Source of the DNA: Vicugna vicugna
Taxonomy: Eukaryota
Length of the DNA: 64,000 nucleotides
NCBI GenBank assembly: GCA_013265495.1
Contig: MU057999.1
Coordinates: 186,001 to 250,000 of the forward strand
Direction of reading: 5' to 3'
In this document: positions 11,201 to 25,100 of the stretch, one piece after another
How positions within the stretch are numbered: position 1 is the stretch's first letter
Layout: each line of letters starts with the position of its first letter
Notes under the pieces: generated by a model
What the model saw: only the letters and a program-made list of their open reading frames with translations
What the model was told of the DNA's origin: nothing
Database searches by the model: none
Made by a program: the position numbers and the translations under genes

Positions 11201-14200
11201 TACCCACCCCGCTGCATCCTCCGCACCCTCTGTCATGGCCACTCAGCTGTCTGTCATCCATGAGGGTGTGTCGCCTGTGTCTCCTTATCAGTTCCCTGAC
11301 TCAGCAGCGGCGGAGGGCTTGCCAAAGAGGAGTGACTGACAGAAGCGGAATGAACAGAGGAAGAAAGGAAGAGAAGATGCCTGTCTCCTTGGGAGCCCCG
11401 GGGGAGTGTCCCACTCATTTGGCCCTTGGCTCCGTGGCTGCAAAAGGGGGTGGCACTCAGCCAAGCCCAGAGGACTATAAAGTCAGACTTCCAAGGAAAA
11501 AAGTTAGAGCACTGAAATCCTGAGGGAGAGGTGAGCCAGGAACTGGGATCCTTTCTTCCAGGATATGCCCAGCCCTGTCCAGATGTGTGAAGAGTCCGGC
11601 TCTCCAAATGGCCCAGCCAGCCCCAGTGGGCATCAGGGGTTCACTCAGCAGAGGCCCTACAGCTCAGGCCCCTCCACCACCACTGGGTTCCAGTTCAGAA
11701 CCTCCTATGGGGCCAGTGAGTCTGAACCGGAGGGCGGTGGGGAGGAGGTGGGGGCAGCATGAATCTGCACCATCCAAACCAGGGGTCCTGACCTGGGGCT
11801 GCAAACTAGGATCACCTGGGGTAAGGAAGATTTTTTAAAAATAGTAATATTTCTTTCCCAACCCAGACCAACTGAATCAGGATCTCTGGGGTGGGACCCA
11901 GGTCAGGGGATTACAACACACAGCCAGGACAGGGAACCCCCAGCCCAGTTCTAATTGCTCACAACTTCTCCTGATGTGAAATGTGAAAAAGTGGTGTGAA
12001 GGCTGGGCTGGGAGGTGAGCCTTTGGCCACAAGACGTCTCGGCGACCTAACTGAAACTCTGCAGTCACCTCTCCTGGACCATGCATTGGTGTCCTGCTAA
12101 CTGTCCTTGTCCCCAAGAGAAAACACAGGCTCCTTAGCCTGGCACCCGGCAGAGCGCCCACTGTTCAGAGAACCACCCTGAGCGATGCAGCGCGAGTTCC
12201 GGAGATGCAGCTGGGTCTGCGGCTCCTGATGGGGCCAGAGAAAGGGAGAGAGGGTGGGCTGGAGGAGAGAGGGCTGGGGTAAGAATATAGACTTGTGGTC
12301 AGTTGGGTTTCCAATCAGACACCGCGACCTTGAAAAAAAATAACCTCCCTGAGCCTCTTTTTCCTCTATAAAATGAGAATGGAAATTCTGACTCAGAGAT
12401 TTGAGGTGAAGGATTCAGTGAAGAGCCCTGATGGGCCCCCAGGAAGGGTTTGATGCAGAACTGTCACAGCATCCACGTGGGCCTTAACGTGTTACCTGCT
12501 GCTAAGGGGAACCATCTATGGGGAAGGGGTGTCGGTCAGTCTGTCTGTCTGTCTGTCTCCCTGAGACTGGCCAGCAAGAGTACTGGTTCCTGCTGGGCAG
12601 GCAGGCGGTGAGAGGGAATAGGGCTCAGCCCCAGAGTTTAACTTGTCAAGGGAGTTGGCCTCCCCGAGACTACCGCAGAGACTGAGTAAGAAGTTTGGGG
12701 GTGCTCTCAGAACACACTGAGTCACAGCCCTGGCCACTGCGACATTCGGATGCCTGCAGGCTGTGAGAGAGACACCACAAATGTCCCCCTCCCTTTGCTC
12801 AGGAGTGTCAGAGGGCACAAAGGTGAGCCCTGAGTTCTGAGGGAAGGGCTAAGACTTGCAGGCTGGCAGATCCATGTGCGAACCCAGGCTGGGCCTCTTC
12901 CCAGTTGCATGGCTGGGACAAAACGGAATCCCTCTGAGCCTCGGCCTGCTCATCTCTAGAATGGAAATAGCGATCCTGACCTCACAGAGCCGTGCTGCAA
13001 ACACGTAGAGGACGCCCAGCACAGAGCAGGGCCCACAGTGGATGCTCAGTGCCCGTCAGAACCCACTCCACTTCCCTTGTGCCAGGAATGAGAGAACCAC
13101 AACTCTGGGCTGGGCTTCCAGGTAAGGATACTGACTCACACAGGATGGCCAGGTGACATCAGTGCAGGTGTGTAAGAAGTAGGTGACAGTGCTCTGCTTA
13201 TCAGAACTGTTGGAAAGAAACTCCTCCAAGTCTCCATCACTAAAGAAATCAGTGAAGATTGGTGCAACTTTCATTCCTGAGGATTTGGATGGTGGCCTTC
13301 CCCAGAAGCCTTCCCTGACTTCCTGCCACACCCCCAGGGTTCTGCGTTTACCATCCTCCGAGTTCCTGCTACTCCCGTGCTTGCCCCACTGGCCGTTTGC
13401 TTGTCTGCCTCCCTGCTAGATGATAAACATCAAGAGGGCAGGCCTGTGACTCGTTCATCATGTATCTCTGGCACCCAGCACAAAGGTCCTTCCAGTACAG
13501 CCTCTGAGGCCACAGACGTGGAGTGAGAATATTCAACACAGGCTGGGCCGTGTCCTCCCGACGGCACCGGCAGACACCCTTCCCCCTCCAAAGCCAAGGA
13601 GGCTGCTGCTGAACTTCTCTCACCCCAGGATCACCTAGACAGGACACCAGCTCATCAAGAAGTCAGGCACCTTGGCTGCCGGGTGGGCTGACCTCACTGG
13701 GGTCTCCCCAGCCTCCGCAGCTTGCCTGTCAAGCCTTTGAGAATGGGCTTTGTACCCAGTGCCAGTTCGAGACTACCCTGTGTGCAGTGACAAGGCCCTG
13801 TTATCTCAGGGAGGGAACGGGAGTTGGGGCTGGGCAAGAACACACTTCCTGGAGGGTAGGGCTGCCTCACCACCCCCAGCAACTCACACAACTTCCTGCA
13901 GAGGGGAGTCTCTGAATTGTGAGGTGGGGGCTTTTGTAGACCCTCTTCAGCCTAGACTAGCAGGCTCTTGTGAGGGCTTTGACTTTGAGTGAAATGGGAG
14001 CCACTGGAAGGTTTTGAACTAGAGCATGATCTGCTCTGCCTTACCTTTTCACAGGATCCATCTAGCTGCTGTGTTGAGAACAGACTGACAGGACAGGGCT
14101 GGAAGTGTGCGACCACCTAGGGATTTATTTGATACCGACATTCAGTGTGCACTTGCCACGAGTCACGGCTTAGTTCTCACACAGCAACAACAAAACCCCA

Positions 14201-14480
14201 CTATGAAGTAGGTATCATTGTAATCACACTCTTTTTATAAATTAAAAAATTGAGTCAAAAAGGTTAGGTAACTGTCCAAGTATATACAGACAGTAACTGG
14301 TAAAGTCCAGATCTGAACCCAGACATTCTGGCTCTAGAGTCCATGCATTGAACCAGCTCATTATATAGAGTGTATCAGAGGTCACTTGACACCAGATGTA
14401 TTTCAAAGGAAGAATCAATATGATCTAATCATGACATGGTGTGGGAATTCAAGAAAGACACCAAGAATGATCCAAGAATG

Positions 14481-16510
14481 AAACTAAGATGTCTGTCTCA
14501 CCACTTCTAATCAACATAATAGTGGAGGTATGAGACTGGGCAATATGATAAGAAATAGAAGTAAACGAATAAAGGTTAGGAAGGAAGAAGTGAAACTGTC
14601 TTTATTTGCAGACAACATGCTCATATATGTTGAAAATCCTAAGGAATCTACCCCCAAAAAGTTACTAGAAGCAACAAGAGAATTTAGAAAGATTACAGAA
14701 TATAAGATCAATATATAAAAATCTATTTTATTTCTATTTACCAGCAAAGAATAACTGGAAATGAAATTTTTTAAAATACCAATCAAAAATATGAAATATT
14801 TAAAGATAAATTTAACAAAATATTATAAGTCCTCTTCACTAAAAATTATAAAATATTATTAAGAGAGACCAAAGAAAACCTAAAGAAAAAAGAAATATAC
14901 TATGTTCAAGGGTTGGGAGATGCTACACTGTTAAGATGTCAGTTCTCCCCTACTGTGAACTATATATTCAATATCATCTCAATAAAAATTCCAGCAGGCT
15001 TTCCTTATAGAAATAGAAAAACTGATACTAAATTTACATGGAAGTGCTAAGGATAAAAAATAGCCAAAATAATCTTGAAAGAGAAGGACAAACTTGGAGA
15101 ACATATACTATACTTAATTTTCAGATATACTGGAAATCCGAAGTAATCAAGAAAGTGTTACATAGGCATAGGATTGATGGAACAGATTAGAGTCCAGAAA
15201 TAAACCCACACATATATGGTCAATTGAAATTCAACAAAGATATAAAGATAATTCAATAGGAAAAAGGGAATCATCTTTTCAGCAAATGATGCTAAATATC
15301 TGTAAAGGGAAGAAACAAGGAACCTCAATTCTTACCTAATTTGAAATGGAGCATACACCTAAATGTTAAAGCCACAACCATACAATTTATGGAAGAAAAT
15401 ATAGCAGTAAATTTTTGTGACCTTGGGACAGGCAAAGATTTCTTAGACAAGACACATAAAGCACTAAGCATAAAAGAAGTCATCACTTAGATTTCATCAA
15501 AATTAAAAACTTATGTTCTTCAAAAGATGCTATTGAACAAATGAAAAGACAAGCCACACACCAAGAGAAAATATTCACAATACAAATATTATGTGAAGAA
15601 TTTGTATCTAGAATATACAAAGAACTCTTACCACTCAATAATCAGACAAACAACTCGATGTTTTAAAATGGGCAAAAGATTGAAACAGACTTTATAAAAG
15701 AAAATATGTGAATGATCGATAAGCCACATGAAAGGATGCTGAGATCATTAGTAACCAGGAAACTATGGATTAAAATCACGATGAGAAACCACTACACAGC
15801 CAGTGATCCACTAGAAAGATTAAAATTTAGAAACTGACAATACCAAACGTCGGTGAGAACGTGGAACACCCAGAACTCTCATACGCTGTTCAGACACCGT
15901 GGGTGTGTAAAATGGTACAACAGTTTTGCAGTTTCTTATAAAGTAAAACTTTATACTCGCCATGTGACCTAGCAATTCCACTCTTAGGTTTTGAGAGAAA
16001 TGAAAACACATGTTCATGAAAAGACTTGTACACAAATATTCATAACAGCTGTATTCACAATAAGCCCCAAACTGAAAACAGCCCAGCTCTCCATCAACAG
16101 ATGAATGGGTAAACAAATTGTAGTACATATATCCTCCGTGGAATATTACCCAGCAATAAAAATGAACACAATGTCAAAATATTATGCTGAGTAAAAGAAG
16201 CAAGACCCAAAAGAGTACGTACTGTATGATTTCATTTATATGGACTCCTAGAAAAGAAAAAACTAACCTCTAGTGACAGAAAGTCGATCAGCAGTTGTCT
16301 GGGGCTGGGGCTGGGGAGGGACTGGCTTACAAAGGGAACTGACAGGAATTTCTAGGGGTGATGCACATGCTCTATATGTTCATTTAGGTTGTGATTGCTC
16401 AGGTGTACACATTAAAAAAATCCATCAGAGTGTACACTTAAAATGGGTGCATTTTATTATATGCAAATCTATAGTGTCTAAAAATTGCCCTAATAAAGTT
16501 GATTTTAAAA
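14481..16510 (+). mobile_element. L1 (L1MB-like) ORF2 3' half plus 3' UTR, 5'-truncated and degenerate
   Basis: ORF 14530-14718 contains KEEVKLSLFADNMLIYVENPKES, the L1 RT FADD-motif region. The element continues to aataaagttgattttaaaa. Confidence 0.9.
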
Positions 16511-16616
16511 CATTAAGAGAGAATAGGAAGAGAAGAAGAGATAGCGAGATAGGGTGCTGGAAGGTCTTTGTGGCTGGTGCAAAACCCAGTGGTTAGCATA
16601 TAATAAATTGTCAACT

Positions 16617-16752
16617 GGGGAAGAGGACGTAGCTCAGTGGTAGAGCACGTGCTTAGCATGCACAAGGTCCTCGGTTCAATCCCCCATACCTCCATTAATA
16701 CATACATACATTCATAACCTAATCCTCCCCAAAATTAATTAATTAAAAAATA
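16617..16752 (+). mobile_element. tRNA-Ala-derived camelid SINE (Vic-1-like)
   Basis: gtagctcagtggtagagcacgtgcttagcatgcacaaggtcctcggttcaatccccc (A and B boxes) followed by a (TACA)n/A-rich tail. Confidence 0.85.
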
Positions 16753-16989
16753 GGTCTTTGAAAAAAAACAACCTTCAATTCATCATTCACCCAACCACTG
16801 CCTACCTCCCACTCACTTACATCTCACCCACCCACCTGCCTCCTTGCCGCCTGTGCTATTCAGGACAGGCTATATGTTCTATAACAAACAGGGCCAAATC
16901 TCATCTGGCCTTTGATCTCATTTCCCTCTTTTCTTGGACTTCTTTTGGATCAACTTAGAATTTTTTTTCAGAATTTTTTTCATCTCCTT

Positions 16990-17907
16990 TTCCTTTGTTG
17001 GCTTATAAGCGACAACTCCATGCTGTCTTAGTTGTTACTTTAGAGTTTACAGTATACCTTTAATATTTGTTATCGTCTCCTTTCAAGCCATGTTTTACCA
17101 CTTCATGTACAGATAAGACCTTGCAGTAATTTATTTACTTTTTCCCCCTCTAGGTCTTTGTGCTACTGCTGTCATAACATTTTATTTCTCCATATGTTAC
17201 AAATGCCACACTGCATTGTTTTTATTTTTGCTTTAAACAATAATCTTTTAAAGATATTAAAACTAAAACTGTCTTTATATTTACCCAACATAGTTATTAT
17301 TTCTGGTACTCTTCATTCCTTCGTGTAGATCCAGATTTTCAACTGTTATATTCATTCTGCTTGCAGGACTTCTTTTAGTATTTCTTGCAGCACAGATCTG
17401 TTGGTGACTAATCCCTTTTGGATTTTTTTACCTAGAGAAGCCTTTATTTCACCATTTTTGAAAGGTATTTTCACTAGGTAAAAAAATTCTACAGTGACAG
17501 TTCTTACTTTTCAGTACTTTAAGATTTTGTTAGATTATTTCTGACAACATTTATTCCAACGTGAAATCTATGGACTTTTCCTCTAGCTACTTTTAAGATT
17601 TTCTCTTGTTTTGAACAATTTGATTATGTAACACCTCGGTATAGTTTTATTATTTCATGTGCATGGGATTCACTGAGTTTCTTGAATATCTAGGTTTATA
17701 GTTTTTACTTAATTAAAAATTATGTGTCCATTAGTCCTTCAAAAAATTTTAATAGAACTACCACATGATCCAGCAATCCTACTTCTGGGTGTGTATTCAA
17801 AGGAAATGAAATAGGATCTTGAAGAAATACATGCACCCCCATGTTCATTGCAGCATCATTCACAATAGGCAAGATGTGTAAACAACCTAAGTAAATGATA
17901 AAAAGGA

Positions 17908-17965
<58 letters not shown>

Positions 17966-19420
17966 AATATTATTCAGCCATGAGGAAGAAGGAAATTCTG
18001 CTATTTGCAACAAAATGGATGGACCTTGAGGCCATTATGCTAAGTGAAATAAGTCAGACAAAGACAAATAGTGTATAACCTCACTTAGATGCAGTATCCA
18101 AAGAAGCTGAACTCACTAAAACAGAAAGTAGAATGACAGGGACCAGGGGGGCAGGGGAAATGCGGAGATCTTGGTCAAAGAGTATGCACTTTCAGTTATA
18201 AGATGAATAAGTTCTGGGCATCTGAAAATGTTTTGCAAATCCTCTCCTTCAGGGACTCCAGTTACAAGTATATTAGGGGGCTTGAAGTTGTCCCACAGTC
18301 CACTGATGCTTTTTTGTTTATTTGTAGTATTTTTCCTCTTTGTGCTTCATTTTGGATGGTTTCTATTTCTCTGTCTTCAAGTTCACTAATCTTATCTTCC
18401 ATAATATCTAATCTGCCATTTGTAACATCAAGTGTATTTTTTTTAAATCTCAGACATTGTAGTTTTCATGCCTATAAATTCAATTTGAGTATTCTTTATA
18501 TTTTGTCTCTACTTAACATGTTCAATCTTTCATCTATCTTCCTGAACATATGGATTATAGTTCTAATAAATGTTTTAAGGTCTCAACTTACTGAATCTAT
18601 TGTATATATTATTTCTGGGTGAACTTTTATGATTTATTTTTCTTTTTATTATGGAACATATCCTTCTGTTTTTTGTATGTCTGGCAATCTTTGAGTGTAT
18701 GCCAGACATTTAAATTTTTATCTTGTTGGGTGCTACATGTTTCTGTATTCCCATAAATATGCCTGACTTTTGTTATGGGACATGATTAAGTTACACAGAG
18801 CTGATTTAATTCCTTCACACATCTTGCTTTTAAGCTTTTTTAGGTAGGACCAGAGTAGTGTTTAATTAAGTAGAGGGGCTGAAACTTCCCCACTACTAAG
18901 GCGAACTCTTCTGTATATTCTCCCTGATGCCTTGTGAATTATGTGATTTTCCCCTCTGGATGGAGAACAGGCATTATGACTGTCTTTGTGTGAGCTACAG
19001 GGATTTTCCCTCTGATCCTTTTTTGGTGACACTTTCTCCTGCCTTGTGAAATTTTCTCATATACATGCATTAGCCAATACTACAGGGACCTTCTACACAT
19101 TTCTAGAGTTTTCTCTCTGTGCAACTCCTCCTCACTGATGATTTGCCCTGCAAACTCAAGTCACCTGGGCCTCCCAAATCCAACTTCTTAACCTGAGGAG
19201 ACTGCTAAGCTCTCCCTGGATTCCCTTCCAGGAATTAAGCTGGGGCCATCATAGGGTTCACTTCATTTGCTTCCAATTTTTCAGGGATCACTGTTCTTCA
19301 TTGCCTAATATCTAATGTCTTAACAACACTGTTTCATATATTTGTCCAGATTTTTAGTTATTTTGGGTGGAAATAAATCTGATCCATTAATCCATCTTGG
19401 TCAGGATTGGAAGCTGTAAA
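16990..19420 (-). mobile_element. Old L1 5'/ORF1/early ORF2 fragment, antisense, with a nested sense L1MA-like fragment at ~17735-18222
   Basis: T-rich antisense L1 motifs. The nested fragment carries gaactaccacatgatccagcaatcctacttctggg...gttataagatgaataagttctgg. Confidence 0.7.
17911..17963. repeat. (CA)26 microsatellite
   Basis: Direct reading. Confidence 0.95.
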
Positions 19421-19489
19421 TGTTCACCTTTTGACAAGGTAAGTTTGAAATCTCTATTAGTCATCCAAGTGGAGATGTAGAGCTTATGA

Positions 19490-20765
19490 TTTCATGATTC
19501 AAAGACTTTGTGGGAAGCCAACATGTTTAATTCATTGTGCTTACTTCCTTGGAACCTGATGCAAATACCTTGGTTGCTGACAGATAAGAGATAATCCCAG
19601 GATGTTCTGTTCATGGAGGAATGTGGGGTCCAGGCTCACCTCCCACTGCATTGCCACTACCACTCTGATGATTGTCTTAAGTCTTGAACACTCAGAGCTG
19701 GTTTTTCGCCCAGGCTTGTGGTAGCTTACAAAATTTAATTCCTTCAAACACTAGGTTGTTAATCTACTTGCTTTTGGCTCCATTTATTAATCATAACCAA
19801 GATTTTTTCCTGGTCATGTTTCTCAAATCCTGAAGTTCTTTCTTAACCCTCTCCTTTGCCTCTCTGTCAATGTAAAGGCAGCTACCTTCAGCCTATCTAG
19901 CTTGAAAAACAAAAGTCCAAAATGTAAAATTTTCCCTGAGTGCTTTATTCAACATAAATTATACCAAGCCTTTATTATTCAAAGCTTTAAAAAAAAATCC
20001 TATCTCTTCCTAGTTGAGGCTTCAAAATACTTGTCTTTCTCTCCTTTTAAGGTGTCAAATTTCTGGAATCTCTCAACATCCTTTCATTTCTACATTTACA
20101 CTGGCTAAGTCTTTCCTAAATGCATACCTCTCTTGCAGTATCTTGCCATCAAGGCCAATAAAATCCACACATACTAAGACTCTAATCCCATTTTTACCCT
20201 GGTACTGATGACTCATTAGGCATGTGATTGTCTTCTCACATTTCAAAAAATGATTATTTTATCAATTTTTTTCACTAACAATATGGATCTCTATTTCTCC
20301 AGTCCCCAACATAGCTTCCTCACTGCTTATCACCTACTGCTATGCCAATGTCCATACTGTAGGATTTAATTTCAACAAGAATCCACTTCCCTTACCAATT
20401 TCTGTATCAGTCACAATGGACTAACAGCTATAACAAACCTAAATTTCAGTGGCTTAATACAAAGGCTTTTCCTCCCTCAGGTAAACAAAGTGAATGTCCC
20501 TGGTTGGGTGTCCCTTCTATCTTATGGATCCCCCATCCTCTTGCAGGCCTCTTCTGGGTCCTCTGCATCTAGATAGCTGCCTTATAGATAATGAGAGAAG
20601 CCAAGAAGCTCATGGGTTATCTTAGAAGCTGGGCCAAGAAATTGAATTCCATTGGCCATAACGAATCACATAGCCCTATCCAGAGGCAGGGGACACTGGA
20701 AAATGCAGTTTTCCTCTGTTTCTACAAGAAAAAGTAAATGGCTCAGTGACTTCACAGCATTGTGC
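19490..20765 (-). mobile_element. MaLR (MLT1-type) internal fragment plus LTR
   Basis: The junction ccacttcccttaccaatttc|tgtatcagtc is the typical reverse-complemented MaLR LTR/internal boundary; LTR at ~20402-20765. Confidence 0.6.
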
Positions 20766-20809
20766 AAGTGCTACCTTTATACCTACTCACCTATCTTGAG
20801 CCCACTATG

Positions 20810-22890
20810 AACAAAATGAGAATGTCAACAAAGAGATAGAAATTGTGGGAAAATAAAAAACCAAAACCAAAACCAAAAACAAACAAACAAAAAACAGAAA
20901 TTCTAGAGCTGAAAAATTCAATAAATGAACTGGAAACTAACACAGGGTTTAAGAGCAGACTTGATCAGTTAGAAAAAGAATCAGTGAGCTTGAAGAAAGT
21001 TCTTTAAAAATCATCAAGACAGAGGAGCAAAAAGGAAAAAAAAATAAGTGAAGAAAAATGAAGAGGGCTTAAGGTGGACCAACATACACATTGTGGAAAT
21101 CCCAGAAAGAAAAGAAAGAAAGGGGGAGAGGGATTACTTAAAGAAATAATGAACTGAAACTTCCTCTGAGGAAAGAAATGGATGCACAAATTCAAGAAGC
21201 TCAAAGAACTCCAACTAGGATAAATCCAAAGAGAACTACAGTGAAATATCATAATCAAACTGCCCAAAGCCAAAGCCAAAGAGAGAATCTTAGAAACAGC
21301 AAAAGACAATAACAAGGGAGCCTCCCTAAGATTTTCAGTGAATTTCTCAACAGAAACTTTGCAGGTCAAAAGGAAGTGGGATGATATATTCAAACTGCTG
21401 AAAGAAACAAAAACTGTTGGCCAAAAAGACTACATCTGGCAAAACTGTCCTTCAAAAATGAAGGAGAAATTAAGAATTTCCCAGATGAACAGAAGCTGAG
21501 GGAGTTTATTAACATCAGAACTGCTCTACAAGAAATGCTGAAGTGAGTCCTTCAGGTTGGTACAAAAGGATGTTAGCAACATGAATCTATGTTAAAAAAT
21601 AATGATCTCACTTTTGCACAGCAAAGAAAACCATCAGCAAAATGAAAAGACAACCTACAGAGTGGGAGAAATAGGAAGATGAGAGAAGAGACAAATCAAA
21701 TAGAAAATAGAAAAGCACTAGAAAAAATAAACAAAATTGAATTAAATTTTTGAAAGATTAACAAAATTGACAAAATCTTAGCTAGATTAACTAAGAATAA
21801 AAGAGAATACTCAAATAACTAAAATCAGAAATAAAAGAGGGGATATTACAAATGATGGCATAGAAATTAAAAGGATTATAAAAGAATACTATAAATAATT
21901 GTATACATAACTTGGGTGACCTAAAAGAAATGGATTAATTTCTAGAAACACATAACATATCAAGTCTGAATTATGAAGAAACAGAAAACTTGAGCAGACT
22001 AATAATGAGTAAGAATATTGAATCAGTAATCAAAAACTTCCCCCAGAAGAAAAGGCCAGAGCCAGATGTCTCCTTGGAGAACTCTATCAAATATTTATGG
22101 AAAAATTAACACCAGTCCTCCTGAAACTCTTCCAAACAACTGAAGAGGAGGGAGCAATTCCAAACTCATTTTATGGGGTCAGCATTACTCTGATACCAAA
22201 GCCAGACAAAGACACAATGAGGAAAGAAAAGTACAGACCAATATCCCTGATGACTATGATCAACAAAATACTTGCAAACCAAATTCAACAGCACATTAAA
22301 GGGATTAGATACCATGACCAAATGGGATTCATTCCTTAAGTGCAAGGATGGTTCAACATACAGAAATCAATCACTGTAATACATTACATTGACAGAGTGA
22401 AGGACACAAGTGACATGATCATCTCAATTGATGGAGAAAAAAGCATTTGATAAGATTCAGCAAACTTTCATGATAAAAAGAAACACTCAACAAACTAGAA
22501 ATAAAATTAAATTACTGCAACATAACAAAGGACATTCATAAAAACTCCACAGCAAACATCACACTCAATGGTGAAAAACTGAAATCATTCCCACCAAAAT
22601 CAGGAATAAGGCAAGCACGCCTATTCTCACAAGTATTCAACATAATATTAGAAGTCCCAGCCAGAACAATTAGTCAATAAAAAGAAATAAAAGGCATCCA
22701 AAATGGAAAGGAAGAAGTAAAATTATCTCTGTTGACAGATGACATGTTCTTATATGTAGAAACCCTAAAGATTCCTTGCCAAAAAATAGTTAGAACAAAT
22801 AAACTCAGCAAAGTTACAAAATAGAAAGTCAACACACAAAAATCAGTTGCACTTCTATACACTAAAAATGAACGATCCAAAAAGGAAATC
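20810..22890 (+). mobile_element. L1 ORF1 and ORF2 RT region, degenerate, endonuclease region deleted
   Basis: ORF 22097-22339 (PNSFYGVSITLIPKPDKDT...YRPISLM...HDQMGFIP) is L1 RT. ORF1 motifs attcaagaagctcaaagaactcc and gcaaaactgtccttcaaaaatgaaggagaaat. Confidence 0.9.
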
Positions 22891-22892
22891 AA

Positions 22893-23640
22893 GAGGAGGA
22901 AGATCAAATGGCAGAGTAAGAGGCTCACCTTTCTCAACAAACATATCAAGAATACATCTACATGTGGAGCAATCCTCACTGAAAATAAATTGGAGACTGG
23001 CAGAAAGATGCTTATACCACCACATGGAATTGCATAGGAAGGGAACAGGAAGTGATCAGGTTGGGACTTGTGCCCTTAGGAAGGGACACAGACGAAGAGA
23101 AAGATTACATAGGCTCAGAGCTTCTCCCTGGAGAATAAGTAGTTCAAGCCGCATATTGGGTGCCCCAGCCCTGGGTCTGACACCAGGGCGGTGCATCCTG
23201 CTAGTTGTCTTGAAAAATCAGTGGGACTAACGGAGGGGGAGTGGCTGTAAGAAATTGAGACTCTGCTCATGAGTAGCATGCACATGCTTGCTTACTCCCA
23301 GGAACAAAGCAGAGGAAGCAGATTGAAACTGCCAGGGACTATGGCTCGTTTCCTGAGACTGCTGCAGTTCAGGGCACAGCCCATGTCAAGTGCCTACTCT
23401 GGCTCCTCTGGCTCCAGTGCAACTGCGCACTAGGGCGAAGGCTGCCATCACCAAGGAGAGTGTGCACGTGTGGGGAACAGAGCCGCTCAGACCCGGCACA
23501 GCATCTAAATGGGGCAAGGGCGGCCATAACTGGTGCTCACAGAGGTTATAGCTCTGGAGCAGTCTGGAGCTCTGACTTGTGTGCTCGGACTACCCCAGTG
23601 CGTGCCCCAGCCTATGCCAAGTTCCTGTGCATGCATGGAT
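22893..23640 (+). mobile_element. L1 5' UTR fragment of a different, younger family
   Basis: Starts gaggaggaagatcaaatggcagagtaag...aatacatctacatgtggagcaatcctcactgaaaa, resembling the start of laurasiatherian L1 5' UTRs (AAGATGGCG YY1-site-like). Confidence 0.6.
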
Positions 23641-24827
23641 CTAATTCTAAACAGCTTACACAAAGGATTTGAGAACTGAACTAAGAGATAGATTGACTGC
23701 ATTCCAGGACCCAGACTGATCACTAGGTGGCATACATGCAGAATAGATCTGAATAGCACTGCAAGGGTTTGAAAATGGAACTAACTCATTTAAAACCACA
23801 AATCGCAGAAGACTGGTTGGAACTTGTAGCCGGAACCCAAGTGAGTCGACTGCCTTTAAAAACAAAATATCAAAATTTTTATAGGATTTCAAAAAGGCCC
23901 AGAATCCCATAACAGTTATCACAATGGTTAGTACAAAATCCAGAATTACCCAGCATACAAAAAAAACTAGGAAAATCTCAACTCTCACAGGAAAAGACAG
24001 GCAACAGTTGCCAACATCAACATGACATAAATAGTGGGATTATCTGATAAAGACTTTAAAGTAGCTATTATAAAATAAGGATGAAACTGTTAAATGAAAA
24101 GACAGAAAGTCTCAACAAAGAAATAAACGCTATAAAGAAGAACCCCATGGAAGTTTTAGAACCAATACAATAATTGAAACAAAAACCTCATTGGCTGGAC
24201 TTAGTAACAGAATGGAGATGTTAGAGGAAAAGTTGTGAACTTGAAGATAGATCAGCAGAAATTATCCAATCTAAACAACAGAGAGAAAAAGATGGGGATG
24301 GGGGAGGAAATGAATGGAGCCTTTGGGAAATACAAAATTGCAAACATTTTTGTCAACACAGCTGTAGAAGGAGAAGAGAAAAACAAGTAGTGTAGAAAAA
24401 AATACATGACAAAAAAAGGTTAAAAAACTTTCCAAAACTGGTGAAAAACATAAGCTTACAGATTCAAGAAGCTAACTTAGCCCAGAAGATAATAAACCCA
24501 AAGAAATCCATGCTAGACACTTCATAATCATACTGCTGAAAAATAAAGACAAGGAAAAAAATATTGAAAACAGGAAGAATAAAAAAAATGCATCTTTTCT
24601 TTGAAGAACAAAGCATCAAATAACTATGAATTTCTTGTCTGAAACCAAAGAGGCCAGATGGTGGTAGAACAACACTTTGAAAGTGCTCAAAGAAAAGTGT
24701 TCTGTCTCCTGATTATGGTGGTGGTTATACAAATCTATACTTGCATTAAAATTCATAGAACTATATACCAAAATTCAAATTTTCATATGTTAATTTAAAC
24801 AACAGAAACAAACAGAAAATAAGTGCA

Positions 24828-25100
24828 GTTCAAGAGGAGACTTCATCAATCAAACCTACTTTAACCCAGAAGAAATTTCTTTGCAACCTCTTCACTTGCA
24901 CTCTTAGCTACCCAGAGAGCTTAAAGTTACATGTGTTAGAGGTTCTTAAAGCCACTAAAACCACCTCTGCTTGCACTAAAGTTAGGCATTTCTGCAGAAT
25001 TTTTAGCTTTTTTTTTTTTAAGGTCTTCGTCTCATTAAGGCTTAGTCTTTAATTATAAGAAAGCTTGCCTCTCATGGCTTCAAATCACTAACATGCAGAA
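24828..25100 (-). mobile_element. TcMar-Tigger transposase remnant
   Basis: Minus strand agtgcaagcagaggtggtttt ~ SASRG(W)F and gtgcaagtgaagaggttgcaaagaaattt ~ A..EE.AKKF, as in Tigger/pogo transposases. Confidence 0.45.

Noticed and set aside
10206..11607. 117-193 aa ORFs
   Set aside because: No homology recognised and no exon-like structure; typical of GC-rich non-coding DNA.
20810..22890. Functional reverse transcriptase gene
   Set aside because: Multiple stops and frameshifts and a missing endonuclease domain; a dead L1.
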